Shown one piece after another: positions 47,356 to 56,419 of a DNA stretch of 64,000 nt. The translations under genes were made by a program, and so were the position numbers. Origin of the DNA: an uncultured Clostridia bacterium (lineage in GTDB: Bacteria; Bacillota; Clostridia; Oscillospirales; Acutalibacteraceae); the NCBI GenBank assembly GCA_937884975.1, contig CAKZZS010000023.1, positions 73,853 through 137,852 of the forward strand. Direction: 5' to 3'. The notes beneath the pieces were generated by a model. The model saw nothing but the letters and a program-made list of their open reading frames with translations, ran no database searches and was not told where the DNA came from. Every line of letters starts with the position of its first letter. Within the stretch, counting starts at the first letter, position 1.

Positions 47356-48270
47356 ATGGAGAAAATCAATTCCTACACGCTGTCTTCTCTTTCGGCAGAC
47401 GATGTGTTTGTGTTCAGCGTTGTGCTCTGCGACAATGAAATTGACCGTGACGGCGAACGCTTTACGGTTGAGTCATTAAAAACGCTTGAAAAGCTCTTTG
47501 TCGGCAAAACCGCAATAATGAACCACAGTATGAAAGCCGAGGACCAGACCGCAAGAACCTTTAAGACGGAGCTTATAACCGACGGGCGGAAAAATTCGCT
47601 CGGGGAGGATTATTACTACCTTAAGGCTTGGGCATATATGGTCAGGACCGATTCAAACGCCGATTTGATTAAAGAAATCGAGGCAGGAATTAAAAAGGAG
47701 ACGAGCGTAGGCTGCTCGGTAAGCGAAATCAGGTGTTCTATTTGCAAAAACGACAGACGAAAAAAGCGCTGCTCCCACGTTAAGGGAAATGAATATGACG
47801 GTAAAATCTGCTTTGACGAGCTTATAAACCCGACTGACGCGTATGAGTGGTCCTTTGTTGCCGTCCCTGCGCAGAAAAATGCAGGCGTGACAAAGGGACT
47901 TAAAATAAAGGAGGAGAGAAATACGCTCGAAATTTTAAAAAATATTGAAAAAAGTGAGGAAATCACGCTTTCAAAAACGGAATGCGAAAAGCTTTTTGAA
48001 GAGGTAAACGAGCTTAAGAAAAAGGCTCTGGACGGTGAAAAGTACCGTAACTTTCTTATTAAAAACGCCGTTTCTCTGGCGGCTGTGGCTTTTCCCGAAA
48101 TCGGAGCGGAAGAAATGGGAGAAATCTGTAAATCCCTTTCGGTGGAAAACCTTAAGGCATTCACTTTCGCTCTTGAAAAGAAAAAAAGCGGCTTAATGCC
48201 GTGCGGCTACCAGACAGGCGAGCCGACAGAAGCTAACAGGGATGAAAGCAATTCGTCCTTTGTAATATAA
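47356..48270 (+). CDS. prohead serine protease (HK97/S78-like) with coiled-coil scaffold-like C-terminal half
   Basis: NEIDRDGERFTVESLKTLEKLFVGKTAIMNHS and KKETSVGCSV resemble the His and Ser regions of S78 proteases. The C-terminus is K/E-rich. The start is uncertain (in-frame GTG 47290, GTG 47341 and ATG 47356 are all possible). Confidence 0.6.
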   Translation: MEKINSYTLSSLSADDVFVFSVVLCDNEIDRDGERFTVESLKTLEKLFVGKTAIMNHSMKAEDQTARTFKTELITDGRKNSLGEDYYYLKAWAYMVRTDSNADLIKEIEAGIKKETSVGCSVSEIRCSICKNDRRKKRCSHVKGNEYDGKICFDELINPTDAYEWSFVAVPAQKNAGVTKGLKIKEERNTLEILKNIEKSEEITLSKTECEKLFEEVNELKKKALDGEKYRNFLIKNAVSLAAVAFPEIGAEEMGEICKSLSVENLKAFTFALEKKKSGLMPCGYQTGEPTEANRDESNSSFVI

Positions 48271-48282
48271 CAGGAGGTATTT

Positions 48283-49284
48283 ATGTCAGACTATAAAAGC
48301 ATTAAAATTGATAAGGGTTTGTACGCGGGAAAGGGCTTTTCCTATAACCTTGAGCAGCTCGATCCGAGCGAGAATTACAAGGGCACTTCCCTTGAGGGAC
48401 TTGACGCATTTGCGCGCCAGCTCAAAAGATTCGATATCAAGGTCAGCGGCAATAACAGTGATGTTATTGACAAGTTCTTCTCTTCTTCTCAGACTGCTGC
48501 TCTGTTCCCCGAATTTGTTGTAAGAACGGTTGAAAGCGGCATTGACGGCGCGGAAACTCTTTCCGAAATCAGCGCGGTTAAGACAAGAATTGAGGGACTC
48601 GATTACAGAAGCATTATTTCCACTCTTACCGACCCGACAAGCAGTCACTTTGTTTCCGAGGGCGAGGAAATTCCCGAGGTGAACATTGCGCTTTCCAACG
48701 ATCTTGTTACAATGCGCAAGTACGGAAGAATGCTTTCCGCAAGCTATGAGGCGCTTCGTTTCCAGAAAATCAACGTGTTTGCCATCGCTCTCAGACAGAT
48801 AGGAAAGCATATTGCAAATGCGCAGGTTGAGGACGCGCTGGGCGTGCTTTATCTCGGCAATTCGGGTAACGAGCACTGCGGCTCGGACAACACGGGCGGC
48901 GCGCTTACATACGCCGACCTTGTTGATTTTTACACAAGCTTCGGCGATTACTCAATGAGTCACATCTTTATTAACCCCGAATCACTTTCTGTTCTTCTTA
49001 ATATGCAGGAGTTCAGGGATGCGGCAGCCGGCCTTAATTTCCACGCTACGGGAAATCTTATTACTCCCTTCGGCGCAAAGATAATCAGAACAAATTATGT
49101 TCCCAAAAACAGCCTTCTTGCAATTGACAGGAACTACGCTCTTGAAACGGTACAGTCGGGCGACGTAACGGTTGAAAGCGACAAGCTTATTAACCGTCAG
49201 CTTGAAAGAGTTGCCGTCACAAGCACCTGCGGCTTTAACAGAATTACCGCGGACGCAGTAAAGGCATTGACCTTCAGCGAATAA
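48283..49284 (+). CDS. phage major capsid protein (HK97-fold expected)
   Basis: 333 aa with an AGGAGG RBS, directly after the protease/scaffold gene. Called from position and size; no diagnostic motif was recognised. Confidence 0.65.
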   Translation: MSDYKSIKIDKGLYAGKGFSYNLEQLDPSENYKGTSLEGLDAFARQLKRFDIKVSGNNSDVIDKFFSSSQTAALFPEFVVRTVESGIDGAETLSEISAVKTRIEGLDYRSIISTLTDPTSSHFVSEGEEIPEVNIALSNDLVTMRKYGRMLSASYEALRFQKINVFAIALRQIGKHIANAQVEDALGVLYLGNSGNEHCGSDNTGGALTYADLVDFYTSFGDYSMSHIFINPESLSVLLNMQEFRDAAAGLNFHATGNLITPFGAKIIRTNYVPKNSLLAIDRNYALETVQSGDVTVESDKLINRQLERVAVTSTCGFNRITADAVKALTFSE

Positions 49285-49296
49285 CGAGGTGAAAAA

Positions 49297-49686
49297 ATGA
49301 TAGACGTTTCACCGGTAATTGCGCGTTTTTTACTCCTTTGCGACAGACAGCAGTCCGATGAAAAAATCCAGTCCCTGTGTCAGTCAAGCGCACAAAAAAT
49401 AAGCAGTCTTATCAAAGAGGATGCCGATGAAAGCGATGACCGCCTTATAAACGCCGCCGCGTGCGACGCGTTTTATCAGTGGATTCTTTTGAACAGGGCG
49501 GTTGACTCGGACGCGCTTAAAAGCTTTCGCGCAGGCGATATTACCGTGGAAAATGACGCAGACGCAGTTACTTCGGCTGCCTATAATCTTAAAAAAGAGG
49601 CGTTTGAAGCGCTTGACGGTTTAATTCGGGATAAAGGCTTTTATTTTTCAGAGGTGGATATAAATGACGCTGAAATCTCTTTTTGA
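49297..49686 (+). CDS. phage head-tail connector/adaptor-sized protein (hypothetical)
   Basis: 129 aa with a GAGGTG RBS. Called from its position after the MCP. Confidence 0.45.
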   Translation: MIDVSPVIARFLLLCDRQQSDEKIQSLCQSSAQKISSLIKEDADESDDRLINAAACDAFYQWILLNRAVDSDALKSFRAGDITVENDADAVTSAAYNLKKEAFEALDGLIRDKGFYFSEVDINDAEISF

Positions 49687-50008
49687 AAAATACGGGAGAA
49701 GAATAAGGGTTGTTTCAGCCGACGAAAGCTGGCAGGGCGAACAGTTCAGGGCATTTGTTCAGCCGCTTCGGTATAAAAACAAGATGTACCTTGAGGATAA
49801 AAGAGTTCCGCTCGGAATAGGCGATATGAGTTACTATCTTTACCTCGGCCCTGCCGAGCACGACCTGACGGCGCTTGCGCGTGACGAATATATGTTAAAG
49901 GCCGATAACGAAAGCTTTTTTGTTACAAGAGCGGAAAAGCTTTTTTATTCCGACTCCGTGGCTTATATCTGGGCGGTTTTAAAACGCACAAAGGAAGAGG
50001 AGGCGTAA
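49664..50008 (+). CDS. phage head-closure-sized protein (hypothetical)
   Basis: 114 aa with an AGAGGTGG RBS. Overlaps the upstream gene by 23 nt. Confidence 0.45.
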   Translation: MTLKSLFEKYGRRIRVVSADESWQGEQFRAFVQPLRYKNKMYLEDKRVPLGIGDMSYYLYLGPAEHDLTALARDEYMLKADNESFFVTRAEKLFYSDSVAYIWAVLKRTKEEEA

Positions 50009-50013
50009 GAGTA

Positions 50014-50460
50014 ATGGTAGTTGTCGGCAATACAATTGAGACGTTTGTAAATACCGCAAACGGGCTTGAATCCATAGTCGGCGGAAAAACGGTTGTAGCT
50101 TTTCCGGACAAATACTTTTCAACTCCGCTTAAGGAGACGATGTTTTCTCTTGGAATTAAGAAAATTGAAGTCGGTCCGAGACTTGAGACGACTGACGCCA
50201 ACGGAAATGTGACCGTTACAAGAAACAGGGAAGCCAAAATCAGACTCGCGCTTAATGTGTACGCGCCGAAGTCTATGGGCGGAGACGCGTGCTCAAAGGG
50301 GTTTGACAGATGGCTCGACCTTCTTGTAAGAGTGTGGAGAATTGATATTCTTGACGCAGGCTGTGATGAGGTTGAATATGAGCAGTCCATAGGTACAAAC
50401 GTACTCAAGGGTTATTTCACAATACGCAGAGTTGTTTCGGAAACGATTCCTGTTTCATAA
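50014..50460 (+). CDS. phage structural protein, hypothetical (last gene of the module)
   Basis: 148 aa with a GGAGGCG RBS. Followed directly by a strong terminator. Confidence 0.45.
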   Translation: MVVVGNTIETFVNTANGLESIVGGKTVVAFPDKYFSTPLKETMFSLGIKKIEVGPRLETTDANGNVTVTRNREAKIRLALNVYAPKSMGGDACSKGFDRWLDLLVRVWRIDILDAGCDEVEYEQSIGTNVLKGYFTIRRVVSETIPVS

Positions 50461-50471
50461 AAAAAGATAAT

Positions 50472-50520
50472 AAAAAAGGCGGCGCGGTAAACAGGTTTTT
50501 ACCGCGCCGTTTGCTTATTT
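50472..50520. terminator. bidirectional terminator separating the phage-like module from the convergent c-di-GMP gene
   Basis: A-run, GGCGCGGTAAA-CAGGTT-TTTACCGCGCC, then T-rich tail. Confidence 0.8.
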
Positions 50521-50524
50521 TTAT

Positions 50525-53500
50525 TTAACTGTTATAGACAAATCTTTCCTCGTATTCGTCGGTGCTTATAGGCTTGCTGAAAAGATAGCCCTGTGCAATA
50601 TCACAGCCGCACTGAAGAAGAATACGCGCCTGATCCTCGGTTTCGACTCCCTCAAAAATGAGTTCCTTACCGCTTGTTTTTACAAGATTTATAAGCGTGG
50701 TAAGGTAGTTTAAGTACCTTGAAGAAAACTCAACGTCGGTAATGAAGCTGCGGTCGATTTTTACCACGTCAAACGGTGCGTCAAGCAGCATGTGAAGCGA
50801 CGAATAGCCGGTTCCGAAATCGTCGATATCGATTTTGAAGCCGATTATGTGAAACTGCTTCATAACCGTTAAGAAATGCTCGTTGTCATTTATTGATTCA
50901 CTTTCCGTTATTTCAAGCTCAATGTATTCCGGCGGCACGTTATATTTTTTTGTAAGCATATAAACCTGCTTGACAAAATCCGGCGCCTTGAGATGCTGAC
51001 GCGCAAAGTTTACGGAAACGGGATAAATCTTTTTACCCTCATCCATCCATTTCCTTATGTATTTAAGAGTTTGCTCGAAGATGAAGAAATCAACCTCGAC
51101 GATGTAACCCATTCTTGAAAGAATAGGCAAAAATTGGTCCGGATATCTCATTGTCCCGTCGGGAAGTACCCAGCGTACAAGCGCTTCCGCGCCGACAATT
51201 TCCCTTTCAAGAAGGGAGAATTTAGGCTGAAGGAAAAGTCGAAGCTCACCCGTGTCGATAGCCTTATGCAAATCGTTCGCCGCGGTTTGCTCGCTTGACC
51301 TTTTTTTTGAAAGCTCGTCGTCGTAAACGTAATAGTTAGTGACGTTATTTTTTGACTCCTTACGCGCAAGGTTTGCGTTTTCAATAAGCGAGCTTATTGA
51401 GTGGTCGGGTATTTCGGTAATAAAATAAATACCCGTTGAAAGACTGAGGTTGCTTGCAGGGTAAATTGAGCGCTGCTGACCGATAAAGTAGTTGTTTATG
51501 CTGTCAACCGAGCTGAAAACCTCGCCCTTTGTGCGGCAAGCGGAAATGGTCAGGAAAAAGTCGGAATAAACTCGCCCGTTGATTTTCGGGTGACCCGTTT
51601 CGGTTGAAATTGCTTCCGCAAAATCGCAAAGCATCTTGTCGCCGGCTTCGTAGCCGAAGTTTTCGTTTACATACGAAAAGCCGTTGATGTCGGTGTAAAT
51701 GAGGGCCACAACGCCGTCTTTCAGATGTTCCTTAATAAAATCCTTTGAAAGCTCAATAAACGTTTCCTGGTTATAAAGACCCGTCAACGCATCCTTTGTG
51801 GAGAGCTTTTCAATTTGTTCGTTTGAACGGATACGCTCACGTCTTAAGGAGATGAAAACCGAAATTATTCTTGAAAGCTCGGAAAACGTGCCAAGCTCGT
51901 ATTCGCTCCACTCGTGGGGCTTTGAGCAGTCCGAGAAGAAAAGACAACCGTCCACCTGGTTGCTCGCAGGGAAGCGCACGCTTGCAAAGGAGCTGCAGTT
52001 GTAAGTGCTGTAAAGCAGATCGCCGACCTCGCTGTCCTTGTCCATATTTTTTGTATCGTCAATTATATACATACTTGACGAGGCGGATTTCGCCGCAATA
52101 TATCTCGTGTTTTTGGCGTGCAGCGGCGGCTGGGCGTCAAGGTACTGAATTCCGTCAATATAGTGCCAGATATTCGTAAAATGCATATACCCGTCGTCCT
52201 TAATATCCTCAAGCACGGCAACAAACGACAGGTCAAACTGCTTGCCTATTCTTTCAAGCAAAAGGTTAAGCGAGCTGTCAATATCCCTTGAATGAGAAAG
52301 AAGTGAGAAGGTGTAGGTTGTAAAATCGGAGTCAAAAACAAGCGACCTTGAAGAGACGACAGCGTCCGTTTCGCTCTTTTTCATACTCATTATATCCGAT
52401 TTTGAAGAGAGCATTTTTTCGTTATAAACGCTGAAGCAGTTTTTACCCTTTGACTTTGAATAGTACATTGCAAGGTCCGCCTTGTCAAATACCGTGTTAA
52501 AGGCGGTGCCGTCGTCGGGGATATAGGTGATGCCTATACTGCAGCCCACGCTGTCGGGAAGCTGCATTTGCTCTCCGACGTAGGTGTTCTTCATAAGGGT
52601 ACATATATGACTTGCGGTTTCAATTGCTTTCTTCCTTGAAGAACCGGGAATATAAATAAGAAATTCGTCGCCGCCGATACGGCCGACTACGGTGTTTTCG
52701 TCCACCGAGTCCTTTACGTCGGTTGCAAAGTTTTCAATAACCGTGTCGCCGAAGGTGTGACCGAAGGTGTCGTTTATGAGCTTGAAATTGTCAATATCAA
52801 GCACAAGCATTGCTCCGCAGGGATTTTCCTTTTCAAGCATATCGCTGATAATGTTTTCGCAGGCGGTCTTGTTATAAAGACCCGTCATATCGTCGTTCAT
52901 AAGACGGCGCTCAATTTCCTCCTGCTCGAGCTTTTCTTCGTCATATTCGTTTACACGGCCGACTATTCTTTCCGGCTTTCCCGTTTCGTCAACAACCGTG
53001 GTGTAGTGCATTATGTACCAGTGGTACAGATTATCGTCGCGGAACATACCGCGAAATTCAAATACGCCCTGACACTTTTCCTTTTTTGCGCGGTCGATGT
53101 TGTCTTTGAATATCTCTTTCGAGTCGGGGTGAATAAAATCCGTTTCGTCAAGCCTTTTGTAAAAGTCGTAAATTCTGTTGCCAAGACCCGGTCTTGACCA
53201 AAGTATTTTTGAAACAATAAGAGTGTCCGTTGAAATAACATAGTCAAACGGAAGCTCGTCCATATTTTCTTCAATTGCCTTGTATCTTTCGGACTGGAGG
53301 AAAAGCTGGTTTTCCATTTGCTTTCGCTCGGTCGTGTCCCAGATAACGGAATAAAAAACGGGATTGTCGCCGTGGTATTTAAAGACCTTCGCCTTCATTG
53401 AAACGTAAACGTCAATTCCGTCCATACGGTTTACGCGGTATTCGTATTCAAACGAGGAGGAGCCCTTAAGGGACTCTTCAAGCTTATTTCTGAATTCAGG

Positions 53501-54154
53501 ATACTGCTCTTCTTTAATAAAACGGGAAATATCCATATCGCCTATCATATAGAAATACTCGCTTGTAAAGCCGTTTAAGACAAAGTATTCCTCATTTGCG
53601 TACTGGATAACCATTTTTCCGTTGTCGTATTCAAATACGCATATTCCGCCCGGGATGTTTGTCATAAGCGTTTCAAGCTCGTATGAAGCGTCCTTGAGCC
53701 GCTCGTTCGCTTCAACGGTTTCGGTAATATCCGTAACGGTTGAAAAGAAGCGTTCTTCACCGTCCGCGCCCTTTATCTTCTGACCGACATCGTGAACCCA
53801 TTTGATATTGCCGTATTCGTCAATAATGCGGTATGTAACCTCGCTTTTATCGCCCACCTGAAGCTGGGCAATGGCGGTATCCCTCGCCCAATTCCTGTCG
53901 GGAGAATAAATCATATTTGCAGGCTTGTTGTCCGTCATTTCAATAAACGCCTTTTCATCCTTGCCGAAAAGGCGCAACAGCCCGTCGGTGACAAAAACAA
54001 ACTCACAGTCAATTCCGACCGTTGAGATAAATCCGCCGCCGTTTACGTTTTCAAAAAGCGCTTTGTAGGTTTCGGGGTCATCTGCAGGCACATAAACCTT
54101 ATTCAAAGCGTCTTTTTCACTTGATGTTTCTTTTTTAAGCTCTTTTTCAGACAT
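50525..54154 (-). CDS. multidomain c-di-GMP signalling protein: PAS repeats - GGDEF - GAF-like - degenerate GGDEF - EAL
   Basis: First GGDEF is GRIGGDEFLIY. The second is degenerate (GRVYSDFFLT). EAL domain strings GAEALVRW and DDFGTGYSSL. The start was set at MSEKELKK with a GGAGTG RBS. Confidence 0.85.
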   Translation of the reverse strand: MSEKELKKETSSEKDALNKVYVPADDPETYKALFENVNGGGFISTVGIDCEFVFVTDGLLRLFGKDEKAFIEMTDNKPANMIYSPDRNWARDTAIAQLQVGDKSEVTYRIIDEYGNIKWVHDVGQKIKGADGEERFFSTVTDITETVEANERLKDASYELETLMTNIPGGICVFEYDNGKMVIQYANEEYFVLNGFTSEYFYMIGDMDISRFIKEEQYPEFRNKLEESLKGSSSFEYEYRVNRMDGIDVYVSMKAKVFKYHGDNPVFYSVIWDTTERKQMENQLFLQSERYKAIEENMDELPFDYVISTDTLIVSKILWSRPGLGNRIYDFYKRLDETDFIHPDSKEIFKDNIDRAKKEKCQGVFEFRGMFRDDNLYHWYIMHYTTVVDETGKPERIVGRVNEYDEEKLEQEEIERRLMNDDMTGLYNKTACENIISDMLEKENPCGAMLVLDIDNFKLINDTFGHTFGDTVIENFATDVKDSVDENTVVGRIGGDEFLIYIPGSSRKKAIETASHICTLMKNTYVGEQMQLPDSVGCSIGITYIPDDGTAFNTVFDKADLAMYYSKSKGKNCFSVYNEKMLSSKSDIMSMKKSETDAVVSSRSLVFDSDFTTYTFSLLSHSRDIDSSLNLLLERIGKQFDLSFVAVLEDIKDDGYMHFTNIWHYIDGIQYLDAQPPLHAKNTRYIAAKSASSSMYIIDDTKNMDKDSEVGDLLYSTYNCSSFASVRFPASNQVDGCLFFSDCSKPHEWSEYELGTFSELSRIISVFISLRRERIRSNEQIEKLSTKDALTGLYNQETFIELSKDFIKEHLKDGVVALIYTDINGFSYVNENFGYEAGDKMLCDFAEAISTETGHPKINGRVYSDFFLTISACRTKGEVFSSVDSINNYFIGQQRSIYPASNLSLSTGIYFITEIPDHSISSLIENANLARKESKNNVTNYYVYDDELSKKRSSEQTAANDLHKAIDTGELRLFLQPKFSLLEREIVGAEALVRWVLPDGTMRYPDQFLPILSRMGYIVEVDFFIFEQTLKYIRKWMDEGKKIYPVSVNFARQHLKAPDFVKQVYMLTKKYNVPPEYIELEITESESINDNEHFLTVMKQFHIIGFKIDIDDFGTGYSSLHMLLDAPFDVVKIDRSFITDVEFSSRYLNYLTTLINLVKTSGKELIFEGVETEDQARILLQCGCDIAQGYLFSKPISTDEYEERFVYNS

Positions 54155-54254
54155 CCTTTTCACTCCGAAAAAGTATATTTTTTTAATTTTATACTTTTTA
54201 TAAAATATTGTCAATATAATGTAAATCTTTTTAGGCTTCAGCGCCCGATAATAC

Positions 54255-54283
54255 TTGACAAAAAACACGCGCGCCCGTATAAT
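54255..54283 (+). promoter_or_regulatory. consensus sigma-A promoter of the rubrerythrin operon
   Basis: TTGACA, 17 nt spacer, TATAAT. GCGCCCG heptamers at 54241-54247 and 54271-54277 bracket the -35 element. Confidence 0.6.
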
Positions 54284-54344
54284 TTTAGGTGAGTATAATA
54301 TGTTAAAATTTTATACGGAAGTTTTATTAAAAGGAGTGTTTTTT

Positions 54345-54878
54345 ATGGATCTTAAAGGCACAAAGACAGAAGCTAACCTTCTTACCGCTTTTGCAGGCGA
54401 GTCCCAGGCGAGAAACAAGTACACATACTTTGCTTCCAAGGCAAAGAAGGAGGGCTATGAGCAGATAGCCGCCATTTTTGAAGAGACCGCAAATAACGAG
54501 AAGGAGCACGCAAAAATGTGGTTTAAGCTTCTCGGCGGTATCGGCACTACAACGGATAACCTTAAGGCAGCGGCTGACGGTGAAAACTTTGAGTGGACCG
54601 ATATGTACGACAAGTTCGCAAAGGAAGCCAGAGAAGAGGGCTTTGATAAAATTGCCGCTATGTTTGAAGGCGTTGCAAAAATCGAAAAAGACCACGAGGA
54701 AAGATACAGAAAGCTTCTTGCAAATATTGAAGGCGGTCTTGTATTCTCCCGTGACGGCGATATGGTTTGGATTTGCCGTAACTGCGGTCACGTTCACGTC
54801 GGAAAGCAGGCTCCCGATGTTTGCCCCGTTTGCGCTCATCCCCAGAAGTATTTTGAGCTTAAGAGCGAAAATTATTGA
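54345..54878 (+). CDS. rbr: rubrerythrin
   Basis: [38 protein letters not shown], and a C-terminal rubredoxin-like CRNCGH...CPVCAHP. Confidence 0.9.
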   Translation: MDLKGTKTEANLLTAFAGESQARNKYTYFASKAKKEGYEQIAAIFEETANNEKEHAKMWFKLLGGIGTTTDNLKAAADGENFEWTDMYDKFAKEAREEGFDKIAAMFEGVAKIEKDHEERYRKLLANIEGGLVFSRDGDMVWICRNCGHVHVGKQAPDVCPVCAHPQKYFELKSENY

Positions 54879-54896
54879 TTAACGGAGGAACAGGAA

Positions 54897-55052
54897 ATGA
54901 AATATACATGTGATATCTGCGGCTATGAATACGATCCTGCAGTAGGCGATCCCGATAACGGTATTGCTCCGGGCACTGCATTCGAAGACCTTCCCGATGA
55001 CTGGGAGTGCCCCATCTGCGGCGCAGGAAAAGACAGCTTCAGCGAGGAATAA
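54897..55052 (+). CDS. rubredoxin
   Basis: 51 aa, below the track cutoff: [65 protein letters not shown]. Confidence 0.9.
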   Translation: MKYTCDICGYEYDPAVGDPDNGIAPGTAFEDLPDDWECPICGAGKDSFSEE

Positions 55053-55054
55053 TT

Positions 55055-55432
55055 ATGATGAAATTTTATAAATGCTCACATTGCGGTAATATTATCGCTT
55101 TTGTTGAAAACAAGGGTGTTCCCGTAAAGTGCTGCGGCGAGAAGATGGAAGAAATCGTTGCAAACACCGTTGACGCCGCAAAGGAAAAGCACGTTCCCGT
55201 AATCAAGGTTGAGGGTAACACGGTTACCGTTTCGGTAGGCGACGTTGCTCATCCGATGCTCAGTGAACACAGCATTCTCTGGGTTGCGCTTGAGACCGAA
55301 CAGGGCGCGCAGAGAAAAGAATTGGCAGTCGGCAGTGAACCGACGGTTCAGTTCGCTCTTGTTGACGGCGATAAGGTTAAAGCCGCTTACGCTTACTGTA
55401 ATCTTCACGGTCTTTGGAAGGCAGAGGCGTAA
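55055..55432 (+). CDS. dfx: desulfoferrodoxin-type superoxide reductase
   Basis: MMKFYKCSHCGNIIAFV...CCGEKM (desulforedoxin-like Cys) plus EKHVPVI, HPM...H.I.W and CNLHGLW at the centre II site. Confidence 0.85.
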   Translation: MMKFYKCSHCGNIIAFVENKGVPVKCCGEKMEEIVANTVDAAKEKHVPVIKVEGNTVTVSVGDVAHPMLSEHSILWVALETEQGAQRKELAVGSEPTVQFALVDGDKVKAAYAYCNLHGLWKAEA

Positions 55433-55486
55433 TTAAATTGTCATTCTGAGCGTAAGCGAAGAATCTCAACAGAAAAAAAGATAAAG

Positions 55487-55512
55487 GCGGAGCAAGTGCT
55501 CCGCTTTTTTTT
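55487..55512 (+). terminator. rho-independent terminator after dfx
   Basis: GCGGAGC-AAGT-GCTCCGC followed by T8. Confidence 0.8.
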
Positions 55513-55593
55513 ATGTCCCAAAGGTTGAAATATTGAATAATTTATAGTATTATAATATTTTGTAGAAATATGATAACTTTTTAATTTTATTTT

Positions 55594-55669
55594 GTAGGGG
55601 GCGATGAACTCAGCGCCCCGAATCAAGAGATTTTTGAACTTACGGGCTGTCGAGGTCGTCAGCCCCTAC
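55594..55669. repeat. REP-like GTAGGGG-hairpin element (locus C: inverted pair)
   Basis: GTAGGGGGCGATGAACTCAGCGCCCCG at 55594-55620 and CGGGCTGTCGAGGTCGTCAGCCCCTAC at 55643-55669. Confidence 0.8.
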
Positions 55670-55687
55670 ATTAAAGCAGGTGAAAAA

Positions 55688-56419
55688 ATGAGAACCGCAG
55701 TTGTTACTGGCGCTTCAAGGGGAATAGGTAAGGCAACGGCAAAAAAGCTTTGTGAAAACGGTTTCGCGCTCGCCATCATTTATAAAAACAGCGCAGAGAA
55801 AGCGTTGGCTTTTAAAAATGAGCTTATTAAAGACGGCTTTACAGCCGAGTGCTATGAAGCTGATGTCTCGTCAAGCAAACAGGTTAATGCCGCTTTTGAA
55901 AAGATAAAAAAAGACCTCGGAAGAATTGAGGTGCTCGTAAATAACGCAGGTATTTCACAGCAGTCGCTTTTTACGGAAATTACGGACGAAATGTGGCAGG
56001 AAATGATAAATACAAATCTTACTGGCGTGTTTAACTGCTGCCGCGCGGCTTTGCCCGATATGATAAAAAATCACTCGGGCGTAATAGTCAACATTGCTTC
56101 AATGTGGGGTGAAACCGGCGCTTCGTGCGAGGTTCACTATTCAGCGGCAAAGGCGGGGGTTATAGGTCTGACAAAGGCTCTTGCAAAAGAGGTCGGAATG
56201 TCGGGTATTCGCGTCAATGCGGTGTCACCCGGAGTTATAAAGACCGATATGCTTTCGTCCTTTTCGGAAGCTGACCTTGAAGAGCTGAAAAATGAAACGC
56301 CGCTTATGAGGCTTGGCGCGCCGGAGGACGTTGCAAATGCGGTTGAATTTCTTGTAAGCGAAAAGGCTTCCTTTATCACCGGACAGGTGCTTTCTCTAAA
56401 CGGGGGATTTGTAATATGA
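55688..56419 (+). CDS. SDR-family oxidoreductase (FabG-like 3-oxoacyl reductase)
   Basis: MRTAVVTGASRGIGKA, NNAG and YSAAKAG. The track ORF start at 55604 runs through the REP-like element, so the ATG at 55688 with an AGGTGA RBS is preferred. Confidence 0.8.
   Translation: MRTAVVTGASRGIGKATAKKLCENGFALAIIYKNSAEKALAFKNELIKDGFTAECYEADVSSSKQVNAAFEKIKKDLGRIEVLVNNAGISQQSLFTEITDEMWQEMINTNLTGVFNCCRAALPDMIKNHSGVIVNIASMWGETGASCEVHYSAAKAGVIGLTKALAKEVGMSGIRVNAVSPGVIKTDMLSSFSEADLEELKNETPLMRLGAPEDVANAVEFLVSEKASFITGQVLSLNGGFVI

Noticed and set aside
54327-54882. Track ORFs 54327-54839 (minus) and 54478-54882 (plus) overlapping rubrerythrin
   Set aside because: The rubrerythrin frame has diagnostic ferritin-like and rubredoxin-like motifs. 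The alternatives are low-complexity overlaps.
55441-55470. Motif gtcattctgagcgtaagcgaagaatctc after dfx, reminiscent of a dispersed repeat seen in gut anaerobe genomes
   Set aside because: There is only one copy in this window and no second instance to support calling it a repeat family here.
55604-55687. N-terminal extension of the SDR ORF
   Set aside because: It is encoded by the REP-like palindromic element (55594-55669). The canonical SDR N-terminus MRTAVVTGASRGIG starts at 55688 with its own RBS.
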